A stretch of DNA of 64,000 nucleotides from an uncultured Corynebacterium sp. (GCA_946220775.1 CAMIFC010000001.1:30260-94259), one strand, 5' to 3'; shown: positions 10,732-23,583, counted from the stretch's first letter. Translations and numbers: made by a program. The notes: a model not told the origin generated them from the letters alone.

Positions 10732-11263
10732 TCACTTTCGGGGGTAGTCATTGGGGGTGAAAATGGGCGCAGGGAACTCGGTGGAGTGGGGCTGCCGATG
10801 TTCCCGAACCTGAGAAAAAGGGAACGAGTGAGAGACTGGCAACTAGCTGTGTGCTGTCCAGTATGGAAATTTTTGGTGAAAAATACAGATTTCCGCCGGA
10901 TTATTGAGCAAAACGGCGTACCTGGAGCAAAAGCGCAGATGACTTGCGCTTTAGACTGGTCAATCAAACGGGTTTAACGCGTGATGGCGAAGCCTTGGCG
11001 AGGTGGAGGAATCTCAAAGATTCCTGGGGATGGTAGGAATCTCGCTTAGCGGGGTAGGGGGAAACCTGATAGAGTCATTCCGGGCCAAATGGGCTGCCGG
11101 TGCGATGCGCCATGGCAGCAGAAACGGCACCTGCCGAACCCTCGCGGACGTGCGACGGAGTCCAAGGGTAATCGGTACATCCAAGACAGACCTCCATCGC
11201 ACCGCCTGACTTTTTGAAGTTCACGCGGCCCAATCACGGGAGAGAACGCTGAGTGTAACAACC

Positions 11264-12070
11264 TTGGCAATCAAGGGTGATTTTCACGCACCCTCATTGG
11301 AGCACGAATTCTTCCCGGGGCAGGTGGATCCAAGTCAGTTGTGGCTGACCGGCTTTGCGGGGGACGCCTTTGCGCTCGACCGCTTGATGCTGGTCCGCAT
11401 CTTGATGATCGCTGTTGTGGCAGCTTTCTTCTTCTTCGCTATGCGAAAGCCACGGTTGATCCCACGTGGAGTGCAGAACGTCGCAGAGATTGCTCTGGAC
11501 TTCGTACGGATTCACATCGCGGAGGAAATTCTGGGCAAGAAGGAAGGTCGCCGGTTCTTGCCGGTGATCGCGGCAATCTTCTTTACTGCTGTAGCCGTAA
11601 ACCTGCCAACCCTCATCCCGTTCTTGAACATCTCGCCTAGCGCACGTGTCGGCCTTCCGCTGGTGCTTGCGATCGTGGCGTACGTGGTGTTTATCTACGC
11701 GGGTGTGAAGCGGTACGGATTCGGCAAGTACATGAAGTCCTCGCTGGTCATCCCTGGCCTGCCGACGGCAATCCACTTCATCGTGGTGCCAATCGAATTC
11801 TTCTCGACCTTCATCCTCCGTCCGGTAACCCTGACCATTCGTCTTATGGCCAACATGTTGGCCGGACACATCATTCTTGTGATGCTTTTCAGCGCCACGA
11901 ACTTCTTCTTCTGGCAGCTGAACGGCTGGACGCTAGTCTCGGCTGGAACGATGGCGTTTGCGATCGCATTCTCTCTTTTCGAGCTCATGATCGTCTTCTT
12001 GCAGGCATACATCTTTGCCCTGCTGACGGCCGTGTACATCGAACTGAGCTTGCACGCTGACGACCACTAG
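11264..12070 (+). CDS. atpB: F0F1 ATP synthase subunit a
   Basis: N-terminus KGDFHAPSLEHEFFPGQ resembles corynebacterial AtpB, plus the conserved Arg helix (LTIRLMANMLAGH); TTG start. Confidence 0.9.
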   Translation: MAIKGDFHAPSLEHEFFPGQVDPSQLWLTGFAGDAFALDRLMLVRILMIAVVAAFFFFAMRKPRLIPRGVQNVAEIALDFVRIHIAEEILGKKEGRRFLPVIAAIFFTAVAVNLPTLIPFLNISPSARVGLPLVLAIVAYVVFIYAGVKRYGFGKYMKSSLVIPGLPTAIHFIVVPIEFFSTFILRPVTLTIRLMANMLAGHIILVMLFSATNFFFWQLNGWTLVSAGTMAFAIAFSLFELMIVFLQAYIFALLTAVYIELSLHADDH

Positions 12071-12103
12071 TCCCCGGATAGCAAACTGAAATTGAACAAC
12101 TGA

Positions 12104-12415
<312 letters not shown>

Positions 12416-12506
12416 GAGCGTCGCGTCTTAATTTGAACTAGGTGATCGAGATCTAACTGATGTCGGGAACCTTTAAGACAACGCACCTAAGCGAAAGCTG
12501 GAGACT

Positions 12507-13067
12507 ATGACGAACACTTTTTTGCTGGCAGCAGGATCGCTGCCTTTGGAAGAGCCTATTAACCCGCTCATTCCACCGCTTTACGACATCGTCTGGTCGC
12601 TCATCCCATTTGCCGTAATCCTGTTCGTCTTCTGGAAGTTTGTTCTTCCGAAGTTCCAGGAAGTGCTGACTCAGCGCGAGGACAAGATCGAAGGTGGCAT
12701 TCAGCGTGCTGAACAAGCACAGAATGAAGCAAAGGCCGCCCTCGAGAAATACAACGCTCAGCTAGCTGAGGCTCGTACTGAAGCAGCACAGATTCGCGAT
12801 GACGCACGGTCCCAGGGCCAGAAGATCATTGCGGACATGAAGACTCAGGCAACTGAGGAGTCCAATCGCATCGTGGAGTCCGGCAACAAGCAGCTGCAGG
12901 CACAGCGTGCAGCCGTTGTCGCGGATCTGCGTAAGGAGATGGGGGAGAACTCCATCAACCTGGCTGAGCGCCTGCTGGGCGAGCAGCTGAGCGATGACGT
13001 CAAGCGTTCGGGCACCATCGACCAATTCCTCGCCGGCTTGGATAACGTCGGCAGCGCTGGGAAGTGA
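12507..13067 (+). CDS. atpF: F0F1 ATP synthase subunit b
   Basis: N-terminal transmembrane helix followed by a long charged coiled coil; operon position. Confidence 0.9.
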   Translation: MTNTFLLAAGSLPLEEPINPLIPPLYDIVWSLIPFAVILFVFWKFVLPKFQEVLTQREDKIEGGIQRAEQAQNEAKAALEKYNAQLAEARTEAAQIRDDARSQGQKIIADMKTQATEESNRIVESGNKQLQAQRAAVVADLRKEMGENSINLAERLLGEQLSDDVKRSGTIDQFLAGLDNVGSAGK

Positions 13068-13072
13068 TCGGT

Positions 13073-13891
13073 ATGCACGCAGCGAGCCGTGAGGCACTAG
13101 ATAAGCTCCTGCAAACCCTCGATACGGGTTTGAAGGAGTCGTCCAACGCGGTAGGCACAGGAGCTACTACCGGAACTGAGCTTTTCGACGTTGTCGATCT
13201 GCTCGACCAGGAGCGAAGCTTGCGCGTCGCTTTGGTTGATGCCGCAGCGACCCCAGAGAAGCGAGCAGAGCTGGTCAAGGCTCTGTTCTCTGGCAAGGTG
13301 TCGGCCTCCACTGAAGAGATCGTGTCCGCTGCTGTATCCCAAACTTGGTCTAATGCACGCGACCTACGCACCGGTCTGGAGCAGCTGGGGCGTCGCGCCC
13401 TGCTGCGCTCGGCTGAGGCACAAGGTCAGCTGGATCGAGTGGAAAGCGAGCTTTTCGCACTCGCCCGCGTACTTGAGCGGGAGGCAGAGCTTGAACTGCT
13501 CCTATCTGACAAGGCAGCTTCTGCCGACGATCGCCGTGACCTTTTGGCCAAGGTGATTTACGGCAAGGTGTCCTCTGTCACCGAGGCGCTAGCACTGCAG
13601 GCAATTGGGCGGGCTCGCAAGAGTCCAGTCGATTTGCTTGACGGTCTGTGCGCGGAGGCATCTGCACTCAACGGCTTCGAGGTTGCTCGAGTCCGTAGTG
13701 CCGCCCCTCTGAGCGATGATCAGCGCTCTGGCCTCGAAGCCAAGTTGGAAAAGATTTACGGTCGCAAGATTACGGTTCACTCTGAGGTTGACTCCAGCCT
13801 CCTCGGCGGTGCCGTAGTCCGCGTCGGTGACGAAGTGATCGACGGGAGCACAGCTGGCAAGCTGGCTCGCATGCGTCGTTCCCTCGCCTAA
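13073..13891 (+). CDS. atpH: F0F1 ATP synthase subunit delta
   Basis: OSCP/delta family; ATG at 13073 ([12 protein letters not shown]) directly after the atpF TGA. Confidence 0.85.
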   Translation: MHAASREALDKLLQTLDTGLKESSNAVGTGATTGTELFDVVDLLDQERSLRVALVDAAATPEKRAELVKALFSGKVSASTEEIVSAAVSQTWSNARDLRTGLEQLGRRALLRSAEAQGQLDRVESELFALARVLEREAELELLLSDKAASADDRRDLLAKVIYGKVSSVTEALALQAIGRARKSPVDLLDGLCAEASALNGFEVARVRSAAPLSDDQRSGLEAKLEKIYGRKITVHSEVDSSLLGGAVVRVGDEVIDGSTAGKLARMRRSLA

Positions 13892-13947
13892 GACGGGCCA
13901 AGCTAGAACACGAAATGCTGGAACACGAAACCGAGAGCAGGAAAAAC

Positions 13948-15585
13948 ATGGCGGAGCTGACGATCTCCTCCGATGAGATCCGTAGCGCGATTGCGAACTA
14001 CACCTCGAGCTACTCCCCGGAGGCCTCCCGCGAGGAGGTCGGCGTGGTCACAACGGCAGCTGACGGTATTGCCAACGTAAGCGGCATGCCATCGGTGATG
14101 GCCAACGAGCTGCTCGAGTTCCCAGGCGGCGTGATCGGCGTCGCACAGAACCTCGACACCGACACTGTCGGCGTCGTGATCCTGGGTAACTACGAGTCCC
14201 TCAAAGAGGGCGACGAGGTCAAGCGGACCGGTGAGGTCCTTTCCATTCCGGTCGGGGAAGACTTCCTCGGCCGCGTTATCAACCCACTGGGCGAGGCTAT
14301 CGACGGCCTCGGCGACATCAACAGTGATGAGGAGCGTGCACTTGAGCTGCAGGCACCTTCCGTCCTGATGCGTAAGCCAGTGCACGAGCCGATGCAGACC
14401 GGTATCAAGGCTATCGACGCCATGACGCCGATCGGCCGTGGTCAGCGTCAGCTGATCATTGGTGACCGTAAGACGGGTAAGACCTCCGTCTGTATTGACA
14501 CCATCTTGAACCAGAGTGCGAACTGGGAGTCGGGCGATCCGACCAAGCAGGTTCGCTGCATCTACGTTGCAATTGGTCAGAAGGGCTCGACCATCGCGTC
14601 GATCCGTCAGACCCTGGAAGAGCACGGTGCACTGGAATACACCACCATCGTCGCTGCACCAGCATCTGACTCCGCTGGTTTCAAGTGGCTGGCGCCGTTC
14701 GCCGGTGCTGCACTGGGTCAGCACTGGATGTACCAGGGCAAGCACGTCCTGGTCATCTACGATGACTTGACCAAGCAGGCAGAGGCATACCGTGCGATTT
14801 CCCTGCTGCTGCGTCGTCCACCAGGACGCGAAGCATACCCAGGTGACGTGTTCTACCTGCACTCCCGCCTGCTGGAGCGTGCAGCAAAGCTCAATGATGA
14901 GCTGGGCGGCGGTTCTTTGACCGCACTGCCGATCATTGAGACGAAGGCAAACGACGTGTCTGCCTTCATTCCAACTAACGTTATTTCCATTACCGACGGT
15001 CAGGTCTTCCTCGAGTCTGACCTGTTCAACCAGGGTGTTCGCCCTGCAATTAACGTTGGTGTGTCTGTTTCCCGTGTGGGTGGTGACGCACAGACCAAGG
15101 GCATGAAGAAGGTGTCCGGTAACCTGCGTCTGGACCTCGCTGCCTACCGCGACCTTGAGGCATTCTCCGCTTTCGCATCTGACCTGGACTCCGTGTCCAA
15201 GGCACAGCTGGAACGCGGTAAGCGCCTGGTCGAACTGCTGAAGCAGACCGAGCACCAGCCACAGACCGTGGAAAACCAGATGGTTTCCATCTGGCTGGCT
15301 GGCGAGGGCGAGTTCGATGATGTCCCAGTTGAGGACGTTCGTCGTTTCGAGTCCGAGCTGCTGGAACACCTCCACGCAAACGCAACCGGCGTTTATGACC
15401 AGATCGATGGTGGTCAGCCACTCAGCGACGAGTCCAAGGACGCGCTGCTGCAGGCAACCACTGAATTCAAGCAAAGCTTCCAGACCACCGATGGCACCCC
15501 TGTCATCCCGGAGGAAGCCTCGCGCGCCATGGAGCAGGACGAAGTTCAGCAGTCCGAGATCACCGTTACCCGTAAGACCACTTAA
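13948..15585 (+). CDS. atpA: F0F1 ATP synthase subunit alpha
   Basis: Walker [10 protein letters not shown] and the alpha signature; start set at the ATG preceded by AGGAAAAAC. Confidence 0.95.
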   Translation: MAELTISSDEIRSAIANYTSSYSPEASREEVGVVTTAADGIANVSGMPSVMANELLEFPGGVIGVAQNLDTDTVGVVILGNYESLKEGDEVKRTGEVLSIPVGEDFLGRVINPLGEAIDGLGDINSDEERALELQAPSVLMRKPVHEPMQTGIKAIDAMTPIGRGQRQLIIGDRKTGKTSVCIDTILNQSANWESGDPTKQVRCIYVAIGQKGSTIASIRQTLEEHGALEYTTIVAAPASDSAGFKWLAPFAGAALGQHWMYQGKHVLVIYDDLTKQAEAYRAISLLLRRPPGREAYPGDVFYLHSRLLERAAKLNDELGGGSLTALPIIETKANDVSAFIPTNVISITDGQVFLESDLFNQGVRPAINVGVSVSRVGGDAQTKGMKKVSGNLRLDLAAYRDLEAFSAFASDLDSVSKAQLERGKRLVELLKQTEHQPQTVENQMVSIWLAGEGEFDDVPVEDVRRFESELLEHLHANATGVYDQIDGGQPLSDESKDALLQATTEFKQSFQTTDGTPVIPEEASRAMEQDEVQQSEITVTRKTT

Positions 15586-15645
15586 GGGCCCGGAGGAATC
15601 TCAAGCACCATGACTAACTACGGACAAGAAGGGAGGCGGTAGCAG

Positions 15646-16623
15646 ATGGCTAATCTTCGCGAACTGCGGACACGTATTAAGTCCGTGAACTCGACTAAGA
15701 AGATCACGAAGGCCCAAGAGCTTATCGCCACCTCGAGGATCACGAAGGCACAGCGTCGTGTGGCCGCATCGCAGCCGTACGCCTCCGAGATCACCAAGGT
15801 GATCGAGCGACTGGCGTCCGCGAGCTCCTTGGATCACAAGATCCTCAAAGAGCCAGTCGATGCCAAGCGCGCAGCTATCCTCGTGGTTTCGAGTGACCGT
15901 GGCATGTGCGGTGGCTACAACAACAACGTCTTCAAGACGACTGCGGAACTCCGCAAGTTGCTTGAAAGCGAAGGCAAGGAAGTCGTTTTGTACGTCACGG
16001 GCTCAAAGGGCCTGGGCTACTACAACTTCCGGAATGAGAGCATCGGTGGCTCCTGGACCGGATTCTCGCAGGATCCGGTGTACCTGGAGACCGAAAACCT
16101 GCGTAAGCACCTGATCGACGGCTTCCTCGCCGGTTCCGAGGGAACCGTGGACGCTGTCGATGGTGTTAACGCTGAGTCTGACCAGGTACAGGGCTTCGAC
16201 GAAGTCCACATGGTTTACACCGAGTTCCACTCCATGCTTTCCCAGACGCCGAAGGCACACCGCCTGTTGCCTATCAAGACTGTCGTCGAAGAGGAAAAGC
16301 TCGACATGGGCACCGACCTGGTGTCCGATTCCGAGAAGGAAATTACCTCTGAGGTGGAGTTCGAACCGGACGCAGACACGCTTCTCGCTGCTCTGCTTCC
16401 GCAGTACGTCTCCCGTGGCATCTTTGCCGCGATGCTGGAAGCAGCAGCCTCCGAGTCTGCAGCGCGTCGTACCGCAATGAGCGCTGCGACGGACAACGCT
16501 AGCGAGTTGGTGGAAAATCTGTCTCGTATCGCCAACCAGGCTCGTCAGGCGCAGATTACCCAGGAAATCACAGAGATCGTCGGTGGCGCGTCTGCGCTCG
16601 GCGATAGCGGAGAGAGTGACTAA
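15646..16623 (+). CDS. atpG: F0F1 ATP synthase subunit gamma
   Basis: MANLRELRTRIKSVNSTKKITKA N-terminus and the gamma C-terminal helix. Confidence 0.95.
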   Translation: MANLRELRTRIKSVNSTKKITKAQELIATSRITKAQRRVAASQPYASEITKVIERLASASSLDHKILKEPVDAKRAAILVVSSDRGMCGGYNNNVFKTTAELRKLLESEGKEVVLYVTGSKGLGYYNFRNESIGGSWTGFSQDPVYLETENLRKHLIDGFLAGSEGTVDAVDGVNAESDQVQGFDEVHMVYTEFHSMLSQTPKAHRLLPIKTVVEEEKLDMGTDLVSDSEKEITSEVEFEPDADTLLAALLPQYVSRGIFAAMLEAAASESAARRTAMSAATDNASELVENLSRIANQARQAQITQEITEIVGGASALGDSGESD

Positions 16624-18075
<1,452 letters not shown>

Positions 18076-18086
18076 GAGGAGCGCAC

Positions 18087-18461
18087 ATGGCTGAGATTGC
18101 CGCAGAACTGGTGGCTGTGGAGAAGGCGTTGTGGTCTGGTACCGCAACCGCCGTTATCGCGCAGACCACTGAAGGCGAGATCGGCGTGCTCCCCGGCCAC
18201 GAGCCCGTGCTCGGCCAGCTGGTCGACAACGGTGTCGTGGTCATCCGGACCAACGAGGGTGAAAAGCTTGTTGCTGCAGTCCAGGGTGGTTTCCTGGCTG
18301 TGTCTTCGGAGAAGATCACCATCCTCGCAGACTCCGCGACGTGGGCCCACGAGGTCAATGAAGCGGATGCCGAGGCTCGGGTGCGTGATGCATCTTCCGA
18401 AGAGGATAAGTCTCGCGCCGAGTCCGAGTTGCGCGCTGTGAAGCGTTCTAAGGAAAGCTAG
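18087..18461 (+). CDS. atpC: F0F1 ATP synthase subunit epsilon
   Basis: 124 aa, last gene of the operon; epsilon N-terminal beta-sandwich pattern. Confidence 0.9.
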   Translation: MAEIAAELVAVEKALWSGTATAVIAQTTEGEIGVLPGHEPVLGQLVDNGVVVIRTNEGEKLVAAVQGGFLAVSSEKITILADSATWAHEVNEADAEARVRDASSEEDKSRAESELRAVKRSKES

Positions 18462-18506
18462 CCCACCGCTCGCTGTTGTGAGCTGGGCGCTTGCCTAGAC
18501 CCGAAG

Positions 18507-18557
18507 CCGCGTATCTGCCTTTTTGGCACGATGCGCGGTTTTCTTTTTGTTTTTTTC
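18507..18557 (+). terminator. putative rho-independent terminator of the atp operon
   Basis: Stem CCGCG...CGCGG followed by TTTTCTTTTTGTTTTTTT; a second GC-rich hairpin lies at 18461-18489. Confidence 0.5.
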
Positions 18558-18580
18558 GGACGCCAACCCGCTATAGTGGA
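18550..18580 (+). repeat. motif copy TTTTTTTCGGACGCCAACCCGCTATAGTGG
   Basis: Shares the core GGACGCCAACCCG and a following TATAG with the copy at 37206. Confidence 0.55.
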
Positions 18581-18633
18581 CACATTCCATCAGGCAAATT
18601 CTTAGGTTCCACTGAGAGGGCAGAGGTGACGCC

Positions 18634-19062
18634 ATGACTTCGGTATACATCATTGCTGGAGTCCTCTTGGTGCTGCTGATCGCAGCCGTGGTGTGGCGCT
18701 TCTTCGCCCTCCGGAGTAAGGGATACCCCGTGTTGCTTCGTCCACTTCCCGCTGAAGATGGTCGGAATTGGCGACACGGGGTTTTGGTTTATGCGGAGAC
18801 TTCCGCGAAGTTGTATAAGCTGCGCAGCCTCCGACCTGAGTCGGACTTGGTGCTGACCCGGTTGGGGACGGACATTATTGATCGTCGGGAATTGATCGAT
18901 CGAGAGCGCAACATCATCGAAGATGATTGCCACATTGTGATTATTCGCCACCGGGGGAAGAACTATGAATTGGCTGTTGACCAGCAGGGGGATACGGCGT
19001 TGGTTGCGTGGCTCGAGTCTGCTCCGTCGGCGCGTCGGGTACGCACCAGCCGTCCGCGCTGA
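18634..19062 (+). CDS. DUF2550-family membrane-anchored protein (Rv1312-like, conserved after atpC)
   Basis: N-terminal transmembrane helix and conserved placement downstream of atpC in actinobacteria. Confidence 0.75.
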   Translation: MTSVYIIAGVLLVLLIAAVVWRFFALRSKGYPVLLRPLPAEDGRNWRHGVLVYAETSAKLYKLRSLRPESDLVLTRLGTDIIDRRELIDRERNIIEDDCHIVIIRHRGKNYELAVDQQGDTALVAWLESAPSARRVRTSRPR

Positions 19063-19209
19063 AAAGGCGCGATTGTATTGGGGGAGATGACGGGGGTAGT
19101 GGGGCTGCACTTTTGCTTGTTTTGGGGATAAGCCGCTCATGGGTGTGTAAGATTCTCTTAGGATGTTATTCAATAAAGCAATGGATTAATCCCGCAAATG
19201 CACTGCGGA

Positions 19210-19224
19210 TTGGCGTCCTAAAAA
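19210..19224 (-). repeat. motif copy, reverse orientation (TTGGCGTCCTAAAAA)
   Basis: Reverse complement of TTTTTAGGACGCCAA; 20 bp upstream of the ABC substrate-binding gene. Confidence 0.55.
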
Positions 19225-19243
19225 CAAAGAAGGAAAAGAAAAC

Positions 19244-20863
19244 GTGCAGAAGAAACTTGGAATGAAGATTGTCGCGGCGCTCGCTGCTGGATCGCTGGGG
19301 TTGGGGCTCGCGAGCTGCTCGGATGGTGGTTCCCAATCGACGGTTGCGCAGGGCTCGGAGGATGAAATGGTCTTTGCGATCGGCGAGCCCTCCGGCGAAT
19401 TTGATCCCAAGAAGGGGTGGGGTGACCATGGTCAGCAACGTCTGCTGCATAGCTCCTTACTTAAGGCCAGTGACAAGGGGGACGGCGAACTCGAAGGGGA
19501 TCTCGCTAAGGATTTCAAGCAATCGAAGGACGGAAAATCGTGGGAATTTGAGCTGAATCCGGAGTTCAAGTTCTCTGATGGGGCGCCCGTGACCGCCAAG
19601 GACGTGAAATTCACGTACGACATGTTGATCAAGGACGGCACGAATTGGGATCTCAGCGCCATCGATAAGGTGACCACCGAAGGGGATCACAAGGTTCGCA
19701 TTGACCTGAAGAAGCCAGACACGATCTTCTCTATTCTGCTGACCCAGATCGGGATCGTGCCGGCGGACAAGTACGGCGACGATTACAGCCATAATCCGAT
19801 CGCTTCTGGGCCGTATAAGGTCGTGGAGTTCCGCCCAGGGGAGCAGCTGATCATGGAACAAAACGAGTATTACCCAACCAAGCCGAAGCACAAGAAGCTG
19901 GTTTTCATGCTGTCTGACGAGGACCAGTCGATTCAGGCGGCGAAGTCGGGGCAGGTTGACGTCCTTGCGGTTTTCCCTGGCAATGCGAATCAGAAGATCA
20001 AGGGCATGCACGATGAGTCCATTAAGACCGTCGAGTCGCTGGGCATGACCATGCCTACTCTTCCTGCTGGTGGCAAGGGGGAAACCAACGGCATGCCGGT
20101 CAAGGTCGGTAACGACGTGACCTCCGATAAGGCAATTCGGCAAGCGCTGACCGTGGGGATCGACCGCGAGGCGCTGGTCGATCTGACGCTTGATGGGCGC
20201 GGCAAACCGGCGTACTCCTCGGTAGACGATCAGCCGTGGTTCAACGAAGAGACCACCTTCGAGGACGGCAAGGCCGACGAAGCCAAGAAGATCCTAGAGA
20301 AGGCTGGCTGGAAGGATACGAACGGGGATGGCACCGTCGATAAAGACGGTAAGGAAGCCGAATTTGAGCTGTACTACGCTTCGGATGATTCAAACCGTTC
20401 CGACCTGTCGAACGCTGTTGCTGCACAAGCAAAGGATCTAGGCATCAAGATCAAGCCGAAGGGCGTGACGTGGGACGACATCTATAAGGATGGAAAGACT
20501 GTTCCAGTGATGTTCGGCCTCGGTGCACATGCGCCGAGTGACTTGTACTTCTATTACGCCTCGGACCAGATCGGGGTGGGCTATCACAACCTTTCTTCCT
20601 ACAAGAACAAGACCGTGGACAAGCACCTGAAGGCGGCCCGTCATGCCAAGAGCCTGGAGGCATCCCTGCCTGATTGGAAGGCCGCTCAGTGGGATGGAAA
20701 GCAGGGTATGTCGAGCCGTCCAGATGCCGACAACCCATTCGTGTGGTTGGTTCGCCGCGACCACGTGTACTACGTGAAGGATGGTCTGGACTTGGGTAAG
20801 CAACCGATTCACGCTCACGGCCACGGCTGGCAGATCTTCCTCAACTACGAGGAATGGCTGTAA
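19244..20863 (+). CDS. ABC transporter substrate-binding lipoprotein (peptide/nickel family 5)
   Basis: Signal peptide with lipobox LASC; SBP family 5 length and pattern; first gene of a five-gene ABC importer operon. Confidence 0.85.
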   Translation: MQKKLGMKIVAALAAGSLGLGLASCSDGGSQSTVAQGSEDEMVFAIGEPSGEFDPKKGWGDHGQQRLLHSSLLKASDKGDGELEGDLAKDFKQSKDGKSWEFELNPEFKFSDGAPVTAKDVKFTYDMLIKDGTNWDLSAIDKVTTEGDHKVRIDLKKPDTIFSILLTQIGIVPADKYGDDYSHNPIASGPYKVVEFRPGEQLIMEQNEYYPTKPKHKKLVFMLSDEDQSIQAAKSGQVDVLAVFPGNANQKIKGMHDESIKTVESLGMTMPTLPAGGKGETNGMPVKVGNDVTSDKAIRQALTVGIDREALVDLTLDGRGKPAYSSVDDQPWFNEETTFEDGKADEAKKILEKAGWKDTNGDGTVDKDGKEAEFELYYASDDSNRSDLSNAVAAQAKDLGIKIKPKGVTWDDIYKDGKTVPVMFGLGAHAPSDLYFYYASDQIGVGYHNLSSYKNKTVDKHLKAARHAKSLEASLPDWKAAQWDGKQGMSSRPDADNPFVWLVRRDHVYYVKDGLDLGKQPIHAHGHGWQIFLNYEEWL

Positions 20864-21886
20864 TTGCACGTACTGAAGTTCCTAGCCGGGCAGAGTGTTC
20901 GGCTCATCAGCCTATTGGTGGGCATCACTCTGCTCACCTTCGGGCTGCTGAAAATGTCACCGCTGGACCCGGTTGGTCAGTACATCGCGAAAATGCCGGG
21001 CGCTAATGCCGAGCAGATTGCGAAGCTCCGCGAATTGTGGGGGCAGGATTTGCCGTGGTGGGAACAGTATTGGGGCTGGGCGAGTCACGTCCTGCGTGGC
21101 GACTGGGGCATGAGCTACGCCTTCCGGGAGTCCGTGTGGCACATCATTTCCCGCGCTTTCGTGAATTCCTTGATGCTCATGGTGTTCGCGTGGCTGCTCG
21201 CCACCGTTGTTGGTTACGTCTTGGGAATGCTAGCGGCGGTCGCGAGCCGCAGTGATCGTCGGGGGTGGCGTGGCGTGGACCGGCTCATCACGGCCTATTG
21301 CTGGACGCTGTGGTCGACCCCAACGTTTATCGTTGGGCTGCTGTTGATCATGGTTTTTGCAGTGTGGCTCGGCTGGTATCCGACGGGACTCTCGCAACCA
21401 TTGGGCACCCAACTTGGCGAGGTGAGCTTTGCAGACCGATTCAACCACATGGTGCTTCCCGGCATCGCAGTCGCCGCCGTGGGGGTTGCCCAAGTCGCTT
21501 TGCATACGTGACAGGAGTATTTGGATTTTTTGGATTCGGACGTCAGCCGGTTCGCCCGTGCCCGGGGCATGGGAACGTGGACGGTCGTTCGTCGTCATGG
21601 GTTGAGAAATACCGCCTTGCCGGCGTTGATGCTGCAGTTCTCGCAGTTCGCAACACTATTTGGTGGTTCGGTACTGGCCGAGGTTGTGTTCAGCTACGCC
21701 GGACTGGGCTCTGCCATTACCGAAGCGGGATTGAACTCTGACGTGCCTTTGCTGCTGGGGTGCGTGGTTCTCATGGCGGTTTTTGTGTTCACTGGGAACC
21801 TGATTGCGGATGTGTTGGCGCGAGTGATTGATCCGCGCGTGCGACGTTCCCAAGCCACCACGGGGCAGGTGGACTCACGTGACTGA
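20864..21886 (+). pseudogene. DppB/NikB-like ABC permease interrupted by an in-frame TGA at 21509-21511
   Basis: ORFs 20864..21511 and 21521..21886 lie in the same frame and together align colinearly with DppB permeases; the TGA falls where homologs carry Arg (TRSSML motif; here HT*QEYL), consistent with CGA to TGA. Confidence 0.7.
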
Positions 21887-22751
21887 GATTCTGCCGAAGA
21901 ATACACAGAGCCTGCCGAAGAAACTGGGTGCATACCGCAACAATCGGGTGCTTCTCGCCGCATTGGCGGTGACCAGTGTCGCAGTGATTGGTGCAGTGTT
22001 GGTTCTCGCTGCCGTTGTGCCGAATGATCACGTAGAAGTCGGGTTCGGTGGCCGGAACGAAGATCCAAGCAGTGGGCTGTGGCTGGGAACGGATTGGCTG
22101 GGCCGAGACATGTTTGCCCGCCTGGTCAAAGGTCTCCGCTTGTCGATCGGGGTCGGGATCGCAGTGGCGATCTTGTCTGTTGTGGTTGCCACAGTGGTCG
22201 CTGGCTTCAGCAGCCTTGGTGTGAAGGCAATAGATCGGGGAGTCAATTGGATTATCAATTGCTTCCTTGGACTGCCTTCCGTGGTGCTCATGCTGATTCT
22301 GGCTTTCGCTTTTGGTGGTGGGCTGTGGGGAATTGTCTTCGCTGTGGGGCTGAGTACCTGGCCTCACTTGGCTCGAGTCTTACAGGCTCAAGTGTTGAAG
22401 GTGCGGTCAGAAGGTTACGTCATGGCGTCCTTGCGTCAGGGCCGAAGTCGGCCGTGGATTGCGGTTCATCATGTGATCCCTTCGTTGACCCCGCACATCG
22501 TTGTCGGGTTGGCGACGGGGTTGCCGCACGCGATTCTGCATGAGGCAATGCTGTCTTTCCTTGGATTTGGATTTGATCCATCGATTCCCTCGTTGGGGAT
22601 CATCTTGAACGAGGCATCGCGATACATCACCTCAGGGCAGTGGTGGCTGATCTTGTGGCCGGTCGTCGCATTGGTTGGGTTGGCCGTGCTGCTGGATCAA
22701 ACAGGAGACCGCCTCCGACGAGTGCTCACGCCATCGAGCAGCCAAGAATGA
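21879..22751 (+). CDS. DppC/NikC-like ABC permease
   Basis: Binding-protein-dependent transport permease with the EAA-like loop; the GTG at 21879 follows AGGTGGA. Confidence 0.85.
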   Translation: MTEILPKNTQSLPKKLGAYRNNRVLLAALAVTSVAVIGAVLVLAAVVPNDHVEVGFGGRNEDPSSGLWLGTDWLGRDMFARLVKGLRLSIGVGIAVAILSVVVATVVAGFSSLGVKAIDRGVNWIINCFLGLPSVVLMLILAFAFGGGLWGIVFAVGLSTWPHLARVLQAQVLKVRSEGYVMASLRQGRSRPWIAVHHVIPSLTPHIVVGLATGLPHAILHEAMLSFLGFGFDPSIPSLGIILNEASRYITSGQWWLILWPVVALVGLAVLLDQTGDRLRRVLTPSSSQE

Positions 22752-22773
22752 TGCTCAAGAACCAGGAGACGTT

Positions 22774-23574
22774 ATGAAGGTAGAACGTGAAGCTATGCAA
22801 GATCAGCAGCTGAGCCGGTCTCCGTTGCTGGAGATCGAGGATCTCAGCGTGTCCTTCGCGAGTTATGAGTCCCTCTTCCGCCTTGGCCTGCACAGTCCAC
22901 TTCACAGGCTGAATTTGAAGGTATATCCGGGTGAACTCGTCGCAGTGATTGGCCAATCCGGCGCAGGTAAATCTTTGCTTGCGGAATCGATCATGGGAAT
23001 CTTGCCTCGAAACGCGCGCCGATCAGGAAATATCCACTTTGCCGGTCAGCCCTTGAATCCGCGCGCGGAACGGGGTCGGACTATTCGGTATATCCCGCAG
23101 CCGATCAGCAACCTCGATCCGACGATGACGGTGAAAAGGTTTGTTGCCGCCGTCGGATCGTCCGCCGAACAACGCCTGAGCCAATTCGGCATCGAGAAAC
23201 CACTGACTAAGAGATACCCGCAAGAACTATCCGGCGGTCAGCTCCGGAGGGTGCTGCTGGCCACGGCAGTGGATACCCCGAAGCACAGTGGCGACATGCG
23301 GTTATTGATCGCAGATGAGCCCACGCCAGGCCTGCATAGGGAGGCCGCCGAGCAAGTGCTTGAGTATTTCAACCACCTGAAGACCCTCGGTGTCGTGGTG
23401 ATGATTATTACCCACGACATGGTCGCGGCCGCGCAGATTGCGGACCGGATCATCGTCCTCAATGAAGGACGAATGGAAGCTGACTTTCCAGCCGAACAAC
23501 TGGGGGAGATCAATGGCTACACAAAGAAACTGTGGGATGCGCAGCCAAGCAATAAATTCTGGGACGCGTTGTGA
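22774..23574 (+). CDS. ABC transporter ATP-binding protein (DppD/NikD-like)
   Basis: Walker A GQSGAGKS, signature LSGGQLRR, Walker B LLIADEPT; an AGGAGA RBS precedes the ATG at 22774. Confidence 0.85.
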   Translation: MKVEREAMQDQQLSRSPLLEIEDLSVSFASYESLFRLGLHSPLHRLNLKVYPGELVAVIGQSGAGKSLLAESIMGILPRNARRSGNIHFAGQPLNPRAERGRTIRYIPQPISNLDPTMTVKRFVAAVGSSAEQRLSQFGIEKPLTKRYPQELSGGQLRRVLLATAVDTPKHSGDMRLLIADEPTPGLHREAAEQVLEYFNHLKTLGVVVMIITHDMVAAAQIADRIIVLNEGRMEADFPAEQLGEINGYTKKLWDAQPSNKFWDAL

Positions 23575-23583
23575 GCGAATACT

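Noticed and set aside
10786-11209. Small ORFs in the atpB upstream gap (10786..10977, 11003..11209)
   Set aside because: No RBS and atypical composition. The region is better explained as a structured noncoding leader.
18550-19224. Interpretation of the inverted motif pair flanking the DUF2550 gene as a mobile element or MITE carrying cargo
   Set aside because: The enclosed gene is the conserved Rv1312-like gene found after atpC across actinobacteria, there is no transposase, and the repeats are only about 15 bp. A regulatory motif is more parsimonious.
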